Positions 29,216 through 38,784 of a stretch of 64,000 nt of DNA are shown in pieces; position 1 is the first letter of the stretch, and each line of letters opens with the position of its first letter. Source of the stretch: an uncultured Acidobacteriota bacterium. GTDB lineage: Bacteria > Acidobacteriota > Vicinamibacteria > Vicinamibacterales > UBA2999. The stretch spans positions 257,857 through 321,856 of the forward strand of contig CAVYZT010000009.1 of assembly GCA_963773045.1 (NCBI GenBank), in the 5' to 3' direction. Below the pieces are notes generated by a model. It saw only the letters and a program-made list of their open reading frames with translations. It made no database searches and was not told the origin of the DNA. The position numbers and the translations under genes are program-made.

Positions 29216-32200
29216 ATGCGCCCGCGTTTTCCTCTGATCGTAGGGTTTGTTGGTGTACTTGCGTTCTCCTCCACTGCCTTCGCACAAAGAACCTCGGGTG
29301 ACATCAGCGGTACCGTGACCGACGGCACCGGCGGGGTCCTGCCGGGTGCCACCGTCACCGCGGTGTGTACCTGACACGAGTCTCACTCGGACCGCAGTGA
29401 CCGACACTCAAGGCGGATTCCGCTTGTCGGAACTTCCCCTTTGTCTGTATCGCGTCACGGCCGAGCTGGCCGGGTTCAAGACCGTCACCCGCGACGCGCA
29501 GGTGTTCGCCAACGGGATGGCCAAGGCGGACTTCAAGCTCGAGGTCGGCGTCCAGACCGAAACGATCACCGTCCAGGGCGTCAGCCCGCTGATCGAGTTC
29601 TCTGACGAGTTGAACAGCCGCATCGACAGCAAGCGGGTCGAAGAGATGCCGCTCAGCGGCCGCGACTTCAACTCGCTGCTCAACATGGTCCCGGGCGTGC
29701 AGCACCGGCCCGGTGGCGGCTTCCAGGGCGTGAACGCCAGCGGCGCACGAACCTCGTCGAACAACTTCATGATCGACGGCATCTCGAACAACGACCGCTA
29801 CTACGGCGACTCGGTGATGAACCAGACGGGCGTCGTCGGCGTGCCTGCCACGCTCGTGCCGATGGACGCCATCGGCGACTTCACCGTGCAGCAGACGCCG
29901 TCGGCCGAGTTCGGCGTCAAGGGTGGCGCAGCGATCAATATCGTCATGAAGAGCGGCGGCAACACGCCGCATGGAACCGGGTATTACTTCCGGCATGACG
30001 ACTGGACCGACTCGCCGAACTTTTTCGTGAAGCGCGCGGCGGAGGCGGCCGGCACGTCTGCCGATCCGACGCCGACGAAGAACCAGCAGTACGGCGGCAC
30101 CTTCGGCGGGCCGATTCGCAAGGACAAGACGTTCTTCTTCGGCTACTACGAGGGCCAGCGGCTGGCCGTCACCTCACCGTATGTCGTTCACGTGCCGACA
30201 CAGGGGCAGATCGCCGAAGCGCGCGCGCGAATCGCGGCCGCAGGCATGCAGGTGAATCCGATCGGCGAGAACTTGATCAAATATTACCCGACCGATCCGA
30301 CCGGCAACATCAACGTGAACGCGCCGAACGTGTCGAACATGAACACGTTCTCCGTGAAGATCGATCACAACCTCAACGCCAACAACCTGATCAACGGCCG
30401 CGTGTTCTACGGGAAGAACTTTCAGTCGGCCCCGGCCGGCAACAGCGGCGAGATCGTGCCGCCGAACGGTCCCATTGACATGTTCAACTCGGTGACCGAC
30501 CCGACCATCGCTTCACTGGCCGGACTCGTCTGGAACTCGACGCTCTCGAACAGCACGCTGCTCGAGACCCGCATCGGGTGGAACCTCTTCTCACAGACGA
30601 TCGAGCCGAACAACAAGATCGATCCGATGAGCCTCGGCATCAACACTGGTCCGCTCGATCCGGAAGACCTGGGCGTCCCCGGCGTCACGACGCCATTCGG
30701 ACACATCGGCGGCGTCGGCGGCTACCCGATCACCACCAAGCCGACAACGACGACGCAGATTTCCACGGCGCTGACGCAGACTCGTGGATCGCACACCTAC
30801 AAAGTCGGCGCGGCGTGGGACTACGCCTACAACCGCAGTGTCAGGAACCAGGCGCGCACGACGCTGACCGCCAACGGCAGCAGCAGCCGTGACGTGGACT
30901 CGGTGGTAGGCCTGCTGCTCGGCCGGTTCGAGAACGCGGCGCGATCGTTCGGCCAGACCGAGCGGCACATGAGCCAGTCGTCGATCGGCGTGTTCATCAA
31001 TGACGATTGGAAGGTCACCGCGCGTCTGACTCTGAGCGGCGGCATTCGCTACGAAGTGTTCTCGCCGGTCAGCGAGCAAGACGAGCTGGCGACCAACTTC
31101 TTCCCCGACAAGGGGCTCGTGCAGCTCGGCAACGGCATCGACAAGCTGTACAACGCCGACACGAACAACTTCGGGCCGCGCGCCGGCCTGGCGTGGGACG
31201 TCATGGGTGACGGCAAGACCAGCGTCAGGGCGGGCTACGCGCTCACCTACGACTCGGCACAAATCGGCGTCGTGCATCCGGGACTGTTCTCGACGCCGAC
31301 GCTCGGCGTCTTCCGCGTGTCGTTTGCGCAGTCGCCGCGATTCGCGCCCGACAACCCGTTGGCGACGTGCCTCGACCCGAACAACTCAGCCGCAGGCGGC
31401 GACTACATCTGCTTGCAGCCGGGAGTGCCCATCTTCGGCAGTTCGCCGACCGGCGCGCCGCCATTCAACATTTTCCAGGTGCCCGACGACTTTCAGTTGG
31501 GGCGGTATCACTACTTTCACACGACGGTTCAACGCCAGATTGGCGAGAGAAACTCTGTCACCGTGTCGTATGTCGGTTCACGAGGACAGGGCCTGGTGTG
31601 GCGGAAGGAGACCAACGCGCCGCCACTCGGGTCGCCGACCACGAGCCCGGACCTGTTGAGGCCGTACCGATCGACGTTCCCGCAATATCGCAGCATCGTC
31701 GCGTACACCAACGACGGCCAATCCTGGTACGACAGCCTTCAGCTCTCGTTCCGGCAGAACGCGTGGCATGGCATCAACACGCAGTACAGCTACACACTGT
31801 CGAATTGCACCGACTACAACTCGGGCAACCGTGACGCGGCCAACGCCCAGTCGGCCAACCCCTACGACCCGGCCGCCAATGAAGGCCCTTGCGACTTCGA
31901 CATCCGCCACAACTTCAGTGCGGGCGGCAGCTACGAAATTCCCGGCGCGTCGATGGGTGGCGGGCCGTTGCAGATTGGCGTGGCGTTCTCGGCGGTTTCG
32001 GGCCGGCCGTTCACTCCTGGCCAAGGCACGACCGATCTGTCAGGCCAGGGGACCGGCGTGATGCGCGCCAACTGCCTCGCTGAGCCGACCTACAACTACG
32101 ACCTCGACTATCTCTTCCCCAACCCGACGACCAGCCGATCGGCGATCACCAATGCGTCGCAGGCATTTGCCAACCCCCCTGCGGGAACGCTCGGCACCTG

Positions 32201-32471
32201 TGGACGCAACAGCGGCCGTCGGCCGGGATTCTCGGCGCTCGACTTGAACATCCTGAAGGAGTTCAAGCTGCGCGGCAACACGCGGATTCAGGCGCGCTGG
32301 GAGATCTTCAACGTCACCAATCGTGTGAACCTCGGCACGTTCCTGAGCACGAGCACACGCAGCGGCGTCTTTGGACAAATCGGGTCGACGCCGGACGTCG
32401 ATCGCGGCAACGCCGTCATCGGCTCGGGCGGTCCGCGCGCGATGCAGTGGGCGCTTAAAGTTCTCTTCTAA
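29216..32471 (+). CDS. CarboxypepD_reg / TonB-dependent-receptor-like outer-membrane protein (one apparent frameshift near 29372)
   Basis: ATG 29216 is preceded by aaggggatgg. MRPRFPLIVGFVGVLAFSSTAFAQRTSGDISGTVTDGTGGVLPGATVTAVCT stops at 29374. The +1 frame continues PDTSLTRTAVTDTQGGFRLSELP..YRVTAELAGF and runs to 32471. An extra t at 29372 explains the break. Paralogous to the upstream pseudogene. Confidence 0.8.
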
Positions 32472-32477
32472 CGCTAC

Positions 32478-32557
32478 GGGTGCCAGGTGCCACGTGCCTG
32501 GTGCCAGGGTGGGTGTTGATGCACCAACCTTGGCACGTGGCACGGGGCACTTGGCAC
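32478..32557. repeat. Inverted arrays, unit GGTGCCA
   Basis: gggtgccaggtgccacgtgcctggtgccaggg faces ccttggcacgtggcacggggcacttggcacc. It lies between the receptor stop and the sulfatase start. Confidence 0.9.
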
Positions 32558-32567
32558 CTTTTCGTAA

Positions 32568-34481
32568 ATGCATCGATTCCTGACGGCGGCGCTGGTTGTC
32601 ATTAGCGCAGCCGCGATCTTTCTCCGGAACAACGCGGCGATGTCGGCGCAGCCGTCGACGACCCCCAATGTCCTTCTGATTACGCTCGACACGACGCGGG
32701 CGGATCGGATGGGGTTTCTCGGATCGACGCGAGGTCTGACCCCTGCGCTCGACGCTCTGGCGAAGAGTGCCATCGTCTTCGAGCGTGCCTACGCGCAGGC
32801 GCCGATCACCACCGTCTCTCACGCGACCATCCTGAGCGGCACCTATCCGCCCTTCCATCACGTGGATGACTTCGGCGCGCCACTGCCGGCGCCGGTGCCG
32901 TATCTGCCCGACCTGTTGAAATCGAGCGGTTATCAGACCGCGGCGTTCGTCGGGTCGCTGATCCTGGATCCGCGCAACGGCACGGCGCCCGGATTCGATC
33001 GCGGGTTCGATGTCTATGACGCCGGCTTTCGTCTCCGCCGGCCCGGCGAGGATCGATACACCACGATCGAGCGGCGCGGCGACGAAGTGGTGCGGCGCGC
33101 CCTGGCGTGGGTCACCACGACGAACACGAAGGACACGAAGGCTGCGCGTGCGCCGTTCTTCCTGTGGGTGCATCTCTTCGACCCACACGATCCGTACGAG
33201 CCGCCGGCCGATCTGCGGGCGCGTTTCGCGACGGAGCCGTACGACGGCGAAGTCGCGTTCATGGACCAGCAGATCGGCCGCCTGGTCGCGGCATTCGGCG
33301 GCGACACAGCGGTTGTGGTCGCCTCGGATCATGGCGAGTCGCTTGGCGATCATGGAGAGACGACCCACGGTGTGTTCCTGTATGACGCGACGCAGCGAGT
33401 GCCGTTGATCGTGCGGCTACCCGGCGGTCGTGGCGCGGGAACGCGGATTGCCACGCGCGTGCGCTTGGCGGACATCGCGCCGACGCTGCTCGAGAGTGCG
33501 GGGTTGAGCACCCCACCAGCGATGCAAGGCCAGTCGCTGTTGCCGCTGACTCGCGCGGGGTCGAAAGGGGAAGACCGCCCCGTCTATTCGGAGAGCTCGT
33601 ATCCGCGGCGCGCATTTGGCTGGAGTCCAGTTATCTCGTGGCGCGCTGACCGTTTCCTCTATGTCCGAGCGCCGAAGCGTGAGCTCTACGACCTGGTGGC
33701 CGATCCTGACGCCGCAAGAAACCTCGCGCTCAGCCGCGCCCGTCTGGCCGATGGATTGGACGGAGAGCTGGCTCAATTTCTCGGACGGTCAGCCACCGGC
33801 GCGAGCTCGCAAGCGCGGGTCGATCCGGCCGTAGCCGAGCGCCTGGCCGCTCTTGGCTACGTCGGCGGATCGTCGGGCACATCAAGGGCCACCGGCATCG
33901 ACCCGAAGGACCGCATCGCAATCGCCAACACGCTTCACGACGCGATCGTCGCGGTCGAAGACGGCGCGTTCACCCGCGCGGTCCCACTCCTGGAAAAGGT
34001 CGTCGCCGCAGAGCCGGACATTCCGATTGCCCAGCTCAACCTCGGCGTGGCGCGCGCGCGGCAAAGGCAGTTCGCGCGGGCGATCGCACCGCTCAGGCGT
34101 GCGGCGACGCTGCAACCGGACAACATGCGCGGTCACTACGAACTCGGACTGGCTCTCTATGAAACCGGCGATCTGAAGGGCGCCGCAGGCGAGCTGGCGG
34201 TTGTCGCCGCCGCGCTCCCGCAATGGGCCGATGCGCGCTATTCGCTGGGGTCGGTCTACGCGCGAATCGATCGCGTGGCGGATGCGCAAACAGAGCTGCG
34301 CGCGGCCCTTGCGCTCGAGCCGCGCCACTTCAGAGCCAACCTGCTGCTCGGCCGGCTCCTGACGCTCACCGGACGCGCCGCAGAGGCCGTTCCTTATCTC
34401 CAAACGGCGGTTGACGTCGACCCCAAATCGACCGAAGCGCGCCAGTTCCTCGCCGCCGCGCTCGCCAAGAAAGGAATTTAG
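32568..34481 (+). CDS. sulfatase-like (alkaline-phosphatase superfamily) hydrolase fused to C-terminal TPR repeats
   Basis: PNVLLITLDTTRADRMG metal-site motif. At the position where true sulfatases carry C/S-x-P-x-R, this protein has PITTVSHATILSGTYP (Thr, no Pro/Arg). DHGESLGDHGE is present. The C-terminal ~200 aa are TPR-like (NLGVARARQRQFARAIAPLRRA..). Confidence 0.8.
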   Translation: MHRFLTAALVVISAAAIFLRNNAAMSAQPSTTPNVLLITLDTTRADRMGFLGSTRGLTPALDALAKSAIVFERAYAQAPITTVSHATILSGTYPPFHHVDDFGAPLPAPVPYLPDLLKSSGYQTAAFVGSLILDPRNGTAPGFDRGFDVYDAGFRLRRPGEDRYTTIERRGDEVVRRALAWVTTTNTKDTKAARAPFFLWVHLFDPHDPYEPPADLRARFATEPYDGEVAFMDQQIGRLVAAFGGDTAVVVASDHGESLGDHGETTHGVFLYDATQRVPLIVRLPGGRGAGTRIATRVRLADIAPTLLESAGLSTPPAMQGQSLLPLTRAGSKGEDRPVYSESSYPRRAFGWSPVISWRADRFLYVRAPKRELYDLVADPDAARNLALSRARLADGLDGELAQFLGRSATGASSQARVDPAVAERLAALGYVGGSSGTSRATGIDPKDRIAIANTLHDAIVAVEDGAFTRAVPLLEKVVAAEPDIPIAQLNLGVARARQRQFARAIAPLRRAATLQPDNMRGHYELGLALYETGDLKGAAGELAVVAAALPQWADARYSLGSVYARIDRVADAQTELRAALALEPRHFRANLLLGRLLTLTGRAAEAVPYLQTAVDVDPKSTEARQFLAAALAKKGI

Positions 34482-34484
34482 CCA

Positions 34485-34730
34485 CAGATGACACAGATGA
34501 CACAGATGAAATGCCTGTCATGGTCAAACGCGGCGAACGCGCAGCAGAGTTGCAATGCAAGAGCGCGGCGCTCAAGCGGCGAAGCCGCTCACGAAGACAC
34601 GGAGACCGCCAGATGAGAGTCGCTCATGAACGGCTCCGAAGACTCTCATCTGACGGTCTCCGTATCTTCGTTGCGCGCGCCTTCGGCGCGCGTGAGCGCC
34701 GCACAGCATCTGTGTAATCTGTGTCATCTG
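34485..34730. repeat. Nested inverted-repeat element (MITE-like or cruciform)
   Basis: The outer 24-nt arms are cagatgacacagatgacacagatg (34485-34508) and catctgtgtaatctgtgtcatctg (34707-34730), with 1 mismatch. The inner 30-nt arms are 34592-34621 and 34641-34670, with 2 mismatches and a 19-nt loop. Confidence 0.85.
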
Positions 34731-34835
34731 CGGCTGACTCTCGGGGCCGACTCTTGCCCCGGCGTTCGTCCCTCAAAGAGCGAGTCGAGTCTCCGGCTGC
34801 GTAAGAGGGATACCCAGCACGTGTTAGCGTTCTGC

Positions 34836-36265
34836 ATGCGCCGATCGACGACCCTTCTTCTGAGGCTGGCTGGGCTGACCGTCCTGCTCCTGGTTCCGCT
34901 CGAAGCGCGGCGCGCGGCAGATCCCGCGTGGCCGCAGTTCCGCGGGCCCAACGGCGCGGGCATCCTCGACGAAGCGCAGTGGCCCTCCTCATGGTCCAGC
35001 ACCAGCAACGTTCGCTGGACGGTCGAGGTAGCCGGGCGCGGGTGGTCGTCGCCGGTGGCGTGGAAAGACCAGGTGTTCGTCACATCCGCGATCAGTCCAG
35101 GAGCGTTCAAGGCACCCTCGACCGGCATCTTCGGTAACGACTATGTGGCCGAGCTCTCGGCGAAGGGCTTGTCGGACGATGAGGTGCTGAAGGCTGTCAC
35201 GGCTCGCGACATCGAGCTGACCGCGGAGAGCGGCGAGATCCGGTACATGGTTTATGCGTTCGACGCCGCGACTGGTCGCATGCGATGGGAGCGGGAGGCG
35301 CACAGGGGCCTGCCCTTTGGCGGCCGGCACCGGAAGAACACCTTCGCGTCGGAAACACCAACCACCGACGGCGAGCGGCTCTATGTCTACTTTGGGAACG
35401 TCGGGCTGTTCGCCTTCACGCTCGACGGCCGGCCGCTGTGGACGAAGCAGTTCGATCCGCAGCCAATGTATCTCGACTTCGGCACTGCGTCGTCGCCGGT
35501 CGTGCACGACGGCCAGGTCTTCGTCCTGCACGACAACGACGGTCAGTCATTTCTCGCCGCGGTCGACGCACGGACCGGCCAGGAGCGCTGGCGCGTCAAT
35601 CGAGATCTGCCGAGCGGCCAGTCGACGTCAGGGTGGTCGACTCCGTTCGTGTGGAAACATGCGCTCCGGACCGAGCTGGTGATCATCGGCCGGCGCCACG
35701 CGGTCGGCTACAGCCTGGATGGGAAGGAATTGTGGAGACTGGGCGGCTTGATCGGTCAGTCCACGCCCAGCCCGGTCGCTGCCGGCGGGTTGTTGTACGT
35801 CGGCACCGGGTCACAGGGCGAGTCGAATCGTCCGCTCTTCGCGGTGCGGCCGGGAGCGAACGGCGATATCTCTCTGGCCAAAGGAGAGACGAGCAATGCG
35901 TTCGTGGCATGGACGCATCCGCGAGCCTCGGCCTACACCTCGTCACCTCTCGTCTACCGCGGACGCGTGTACATCGTGAACGACAACGGCATCCTGACGG
36001 TGTTCGACGCGCTCGCCGGCAGAGAAATTTACAAGGCCCGCGTGGGGGAAGCGGCAACACGTTCTCGGCTTCGCCGTGGGCCAGCAACGGCAAGGTCTAT
36101 TTCCTGAGCGAGGACGGCCACACGTTCGTGATCGAAGCCGGCGACAAGTACGTCGAGATGGGGAAAAGCAGCCTGGATGAGATGAGCCTCGCCACGCCCG
36201 CTCTGGCGCCCGATGCCATGTTCATCCGCACGCAGACGAAGCTCTATCGCATCGGCCACAGATGA
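34836..36265 (+). CDS. PQQ-like beta-propeller repeat protein (one apparent frameshift in a G-run near 36044-36048)
   Basis: ATG 34836: MRRSTTLLLRLAGLTVLLLVP.. signal peptide, then WPQFRGPNGAGI, WSSPVAWKDQVFV, and repeated ..G..W.. blades. The reading continues in the +1 frame as GSGNTFSASPWASNGKVYFLSEDGHTFVIEAG... A G5 run where G6 would restore the frame. Confidence 0.75.
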
Positions 36266-36297
36266 TACAGATGGCACAGACGAGAATGCCTGTCATA
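36256..36297. repeat. Partial copy of the left end of the 34485 element
   Basis: ccacagatgatacagatggcacagacgagaatgcctgtcatagcg versus ccacagatgacacagatgacacagatgaaatgcctgtcatggtc at 34482. Confidence 0.75.
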
Positions 36298-36331
36298 GCG
36301 CGAGCGCGAGGAAATGAATTAGCCGCTCGCG

Positions 36332-36784
36332 CTACTGCTTCTCTATGGCTTCGCCGCGCTCGACCCACTCATTCCAGCCGCCTTTGAGCGCCTTGGCGCC
36401 GGGCACACTGCGCTCGGCGAGATCGACCGCGGCCCTGGCGGCGGTCATCTCGTTGGCGCAGGCGCAATAGGCGACGATGGTCCGCTTCTCGCCGGCGAAT
36501 CGGCCTGCCTCCTTGAAGACCTCGGTGTAGTTGATGTTGATCGCGCCGGGGATGCGGCCCTGTGCGAACTCGTCGGCTGTCCGCACGTCGAGGATGACGA
36601 CCGACTGCTGCGCCATCAGTGTCTTCAGCTCGTCGATCGTGACGCGTGGGACTGCACGCAGCGCCTGTGCGCCGAGTCCGATGCTCGCGAGCACGAGACT
36701 CGCGAGCACGAGACTCGCGATCCTTTCTTTCTTCGTTCTTCTTTCCTCTTTCCTCTTAGGCTTCTCCGGCCTGAGGTCGGTCAT
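36332..36784 (-). CDS. rhodanese-domain sulfurtransferase-like protein
   Basis: VILDVRTADEFAQGRIPGAINI .. IVAYCACANEMTAARAA (active-site Cys loop) .. GGWNEW. ATG 36784 overlaps the mtnC TGA (ATGA). The N-terminus contains a 15-nt tandem duplication. Confidence 0.8.
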   Translation of the reverse strand: MTDLRPEKPKRKEERRTKKERIASLVLASLVLASIGLGAQALRAVPRVTIDELKTLMAQQSVVILDVRTADEFAQGRIPGAININYTEVFKEAGRFAGEKRTIVAYCACANEMTAARAAVDLAERSVPGAKALKGGWNEWVERGEAIEKQ

Positions 36785-37533
36785 GTGTTCCCCTTCGAAT
36801 CCACCGTCCAATTCTGCAACTCGTCGAACCGTCGAATCACGGGATAGCCCCCGGTGAGCAGCAGGGGCTTGTTACCCGGCCGAATCGACAGGGCCGCCTG
36901 CATTCCAGCGCCGCGGGCGGCATCGAGCTCTCCCGTCACGTCGGAGACGAACAGGATAGCCTCGGCGGGAATCGCCATCCTCGTGGCGATGCGCCGGTAG
37001 CTGTCGCTCTCTGTCTTCACGCCAATCGACGTATCGAAGTGCCATTGAAGAAACCTCGCGAGATCTCCAGCCGACGAGTGACGGAAGAGGAGCTGTTGCG
37101 CCAGCGCGCTCCCCGACGAGTAGATGCCGATCGGCAAGTGCTGAGCATGCCAGCGCTGGAGCGCACCAGGCACATCGTCGAAGACCTCGCCCACCAGCTC
37201 ACCGCGCGTGTAGCCCTCTTCCCACATCCTTCCCTGCAGCGTTTTCAGAGGATTGGACTTGCGATCCCGGTCCATGAGCCATTCGCTGTAGGCGGCAACC
37301 GACTCGAGCCGCGACGCGGCCGGCGTGTCGATCCATGGCGGCACAGCCCCGCCCGCGCGCGAATCGGCGGCATGCTCCTCACGCAGTCGATCGAACAGCT
37401 CCCTGTACTCGCTCGATGACGCGTGCTGCTCGATATGGCGTCGCAGGTTCCTCCGCGCGAACGGAAAGAGCACTTCGGTGACAAATGCGATCGGCGTCGT
37501 CGTGCCTTCGATGTCCAGCAGAATTGCCCGCAT
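36781..37533 (-). CDS. mtnC: enolase-phosphatase E1 (HAD family), methionine salvage
   Basis: MRAILLDIEGTTTPIAFV (HAD motif I DxEGT), WMDRDRKSNPLKTLQGRMWEEGY, IYSSGS, FVSD. Confidence 0.85.
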   Translation of the reverse strand: MRAILLDIEGTTTPIAFVTEVLFPFARRNLRRHIEQHASSSEYRELFDRLREEHAADSRAGGAVPPWIDTPAASRLESVAAYSEWLMDRDRKSNPLKTLQGRMWEEGYTRGELVGEVFDDVPGALQRWHAQHLPIGIYSSGSALAQQLLFRHSSAGDLARFLQWHFDTSIGVKTESDSYRRIATRMAIPAEAILFVSDVTGELDAARGAGMQAALSIRPGNKPLLLTGGYPVIRRFDELQNWTVDSKGNT

Positions 37534-37557
37534 CTCCGCTGGAGCGGCGTCTCGCGC

Positions 37558-38121
37558 TCACATGGGCGCGGACGAAGACACGTAAGAGGGACCGAAGCAG
37601 ACGGGCTGAAACCCTTTGTCGATCCCCGTGTCGGTGTAGTGCGGCGTCCAGCCCGACGTGTCCTGAAACAACCGGATGGCCCGGATCCGGCGATCGGCGC
37701 AGAGGTCGAACCAATGGTGCGTGCCACGAGGCACGCGAATGAGATCGCCCGCCTCGACCTCTATCGCGAAGACCGGACCTGCCTGCGGATGCACGTGAAA
37801 CAAGCCGCGACCCTCGACGATGAAGCGGACTTCGTCTTCGTCGTGCCAGTGCTCGCGGCTGAATTTCGCGAGCATCGCGTCGAGATTCGGCGTGTCGGAC
37901 CGGACGTCGATGACGTCGGCCGTGCGATAGCCGCCACGGGCCTTGAGCACGTCTATTTCTGCCGCATACGCTGCGAGCAGCATTTCGGGTGTCGCGTTGG
38001 CGTCGACGGGACGGTCGAGTGTCCACCGCTCGTAGTCGATGGCATGAGCGGCGAGGAAAGCGGTCACCGCTTCGGGTTGGGCGATGACTTGATTCTGGGC
38101 CGGGATCTTGACGACCGCCAT
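37558..38121 (-). CDS. mtnD: acireductone dioxygenase (ARD, cupin)
   Basis: 187 aa from ATG 38121. [20 protein letters not shown] .. [12 protein letters not shown] cupin His/Glu motifs. The 429-aa track ORF is a read-through artefact that joins it to the mtnB 5' part. Confidence 0.85.
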   Translation of the reverse strand: MAVVKIPAQNQVIAQPEAVTAFLAAHAIDYERWTLDRPVDANATPEMLLAAYAAEIDVLKARGGYRTADVIDVRSDTPNLDAMLAKFSREHWHDEDEVRFIVEGRGLFHVHPQAGPVFAIEVEAGDLIRVPRGTHHWFDLCADRRIRAIRLFQDTSGWTPHYTDTGIDKGFQPVCFGPSYVSSSAPM

Positions 38122-38784
38122 GGTGTGACCTCCTCGGCTCGGGCCACGGCTTCGAGCAGGAACTCGACGATTTCGACGTGGCGGACGGCCTGCGGCAGCG
38201 AGTTGCCCCAAGTGTACATCCCGTGACGGCGCAGGAGGAACGCGTGGGCGCTCGGATGGCGGCTCAGCATCTCTCGAACGGCGAGGCCAAGCCGCGCCAT
38301 GTCCTGGTCGTTCTCGAGAATGGGAACCCATTCCCGATGCTCGTGGGTCGTCACGCCTTCCAGGCCCTTCAGCATTTCGTAGCCCTCGATGGCGAGGCCG
38401 TGCGCTGCCTGGTGCTTGTCGGACAGCAACGTGCTCCACATCGAATGCGTGTGTAGCACGGCGCCCGCGCCGCGGGCGCGGACGATCTCGACGTGGAGTT
38501 GCGCCTCTGCCGATGGCTTGCGCAAGTGCGGCCGGCGCCCAGAGCCAGCGACGAGTTGCCCCTCGGCGTCGATTTCGAGGATCTCCTCGAAGCGTGAGCT
38601 CGCCCTTGCCGGCACCGCTGGACGTGATGGCCAGGCGAAGCGGCTCGCGACCGAGCACCGCGCTGAAATTGCCGCTGGTGCCGAGCACCCACCCGCGCGC
38701 GTCGAAGCGGCGGCCAATCTCGATCAGCCGCCGCGACGTGTCGCGGCCGCGATCAACGCTTTTGTGCCGAGCTGAGCCACGCAT
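38064..38784 (-). CDS. mtnB: methylthioribulose-1-phosphate dehydratase (class II aldolase/adducin fold), one apparent frameshift near 38592
   Basis: The N-terminal part is in one frame ([39 protein letters not shown]). The rest is in another frame ([40 protein letters not shown]). The junction reads acg-c-ttc. Confidence 0.75.
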
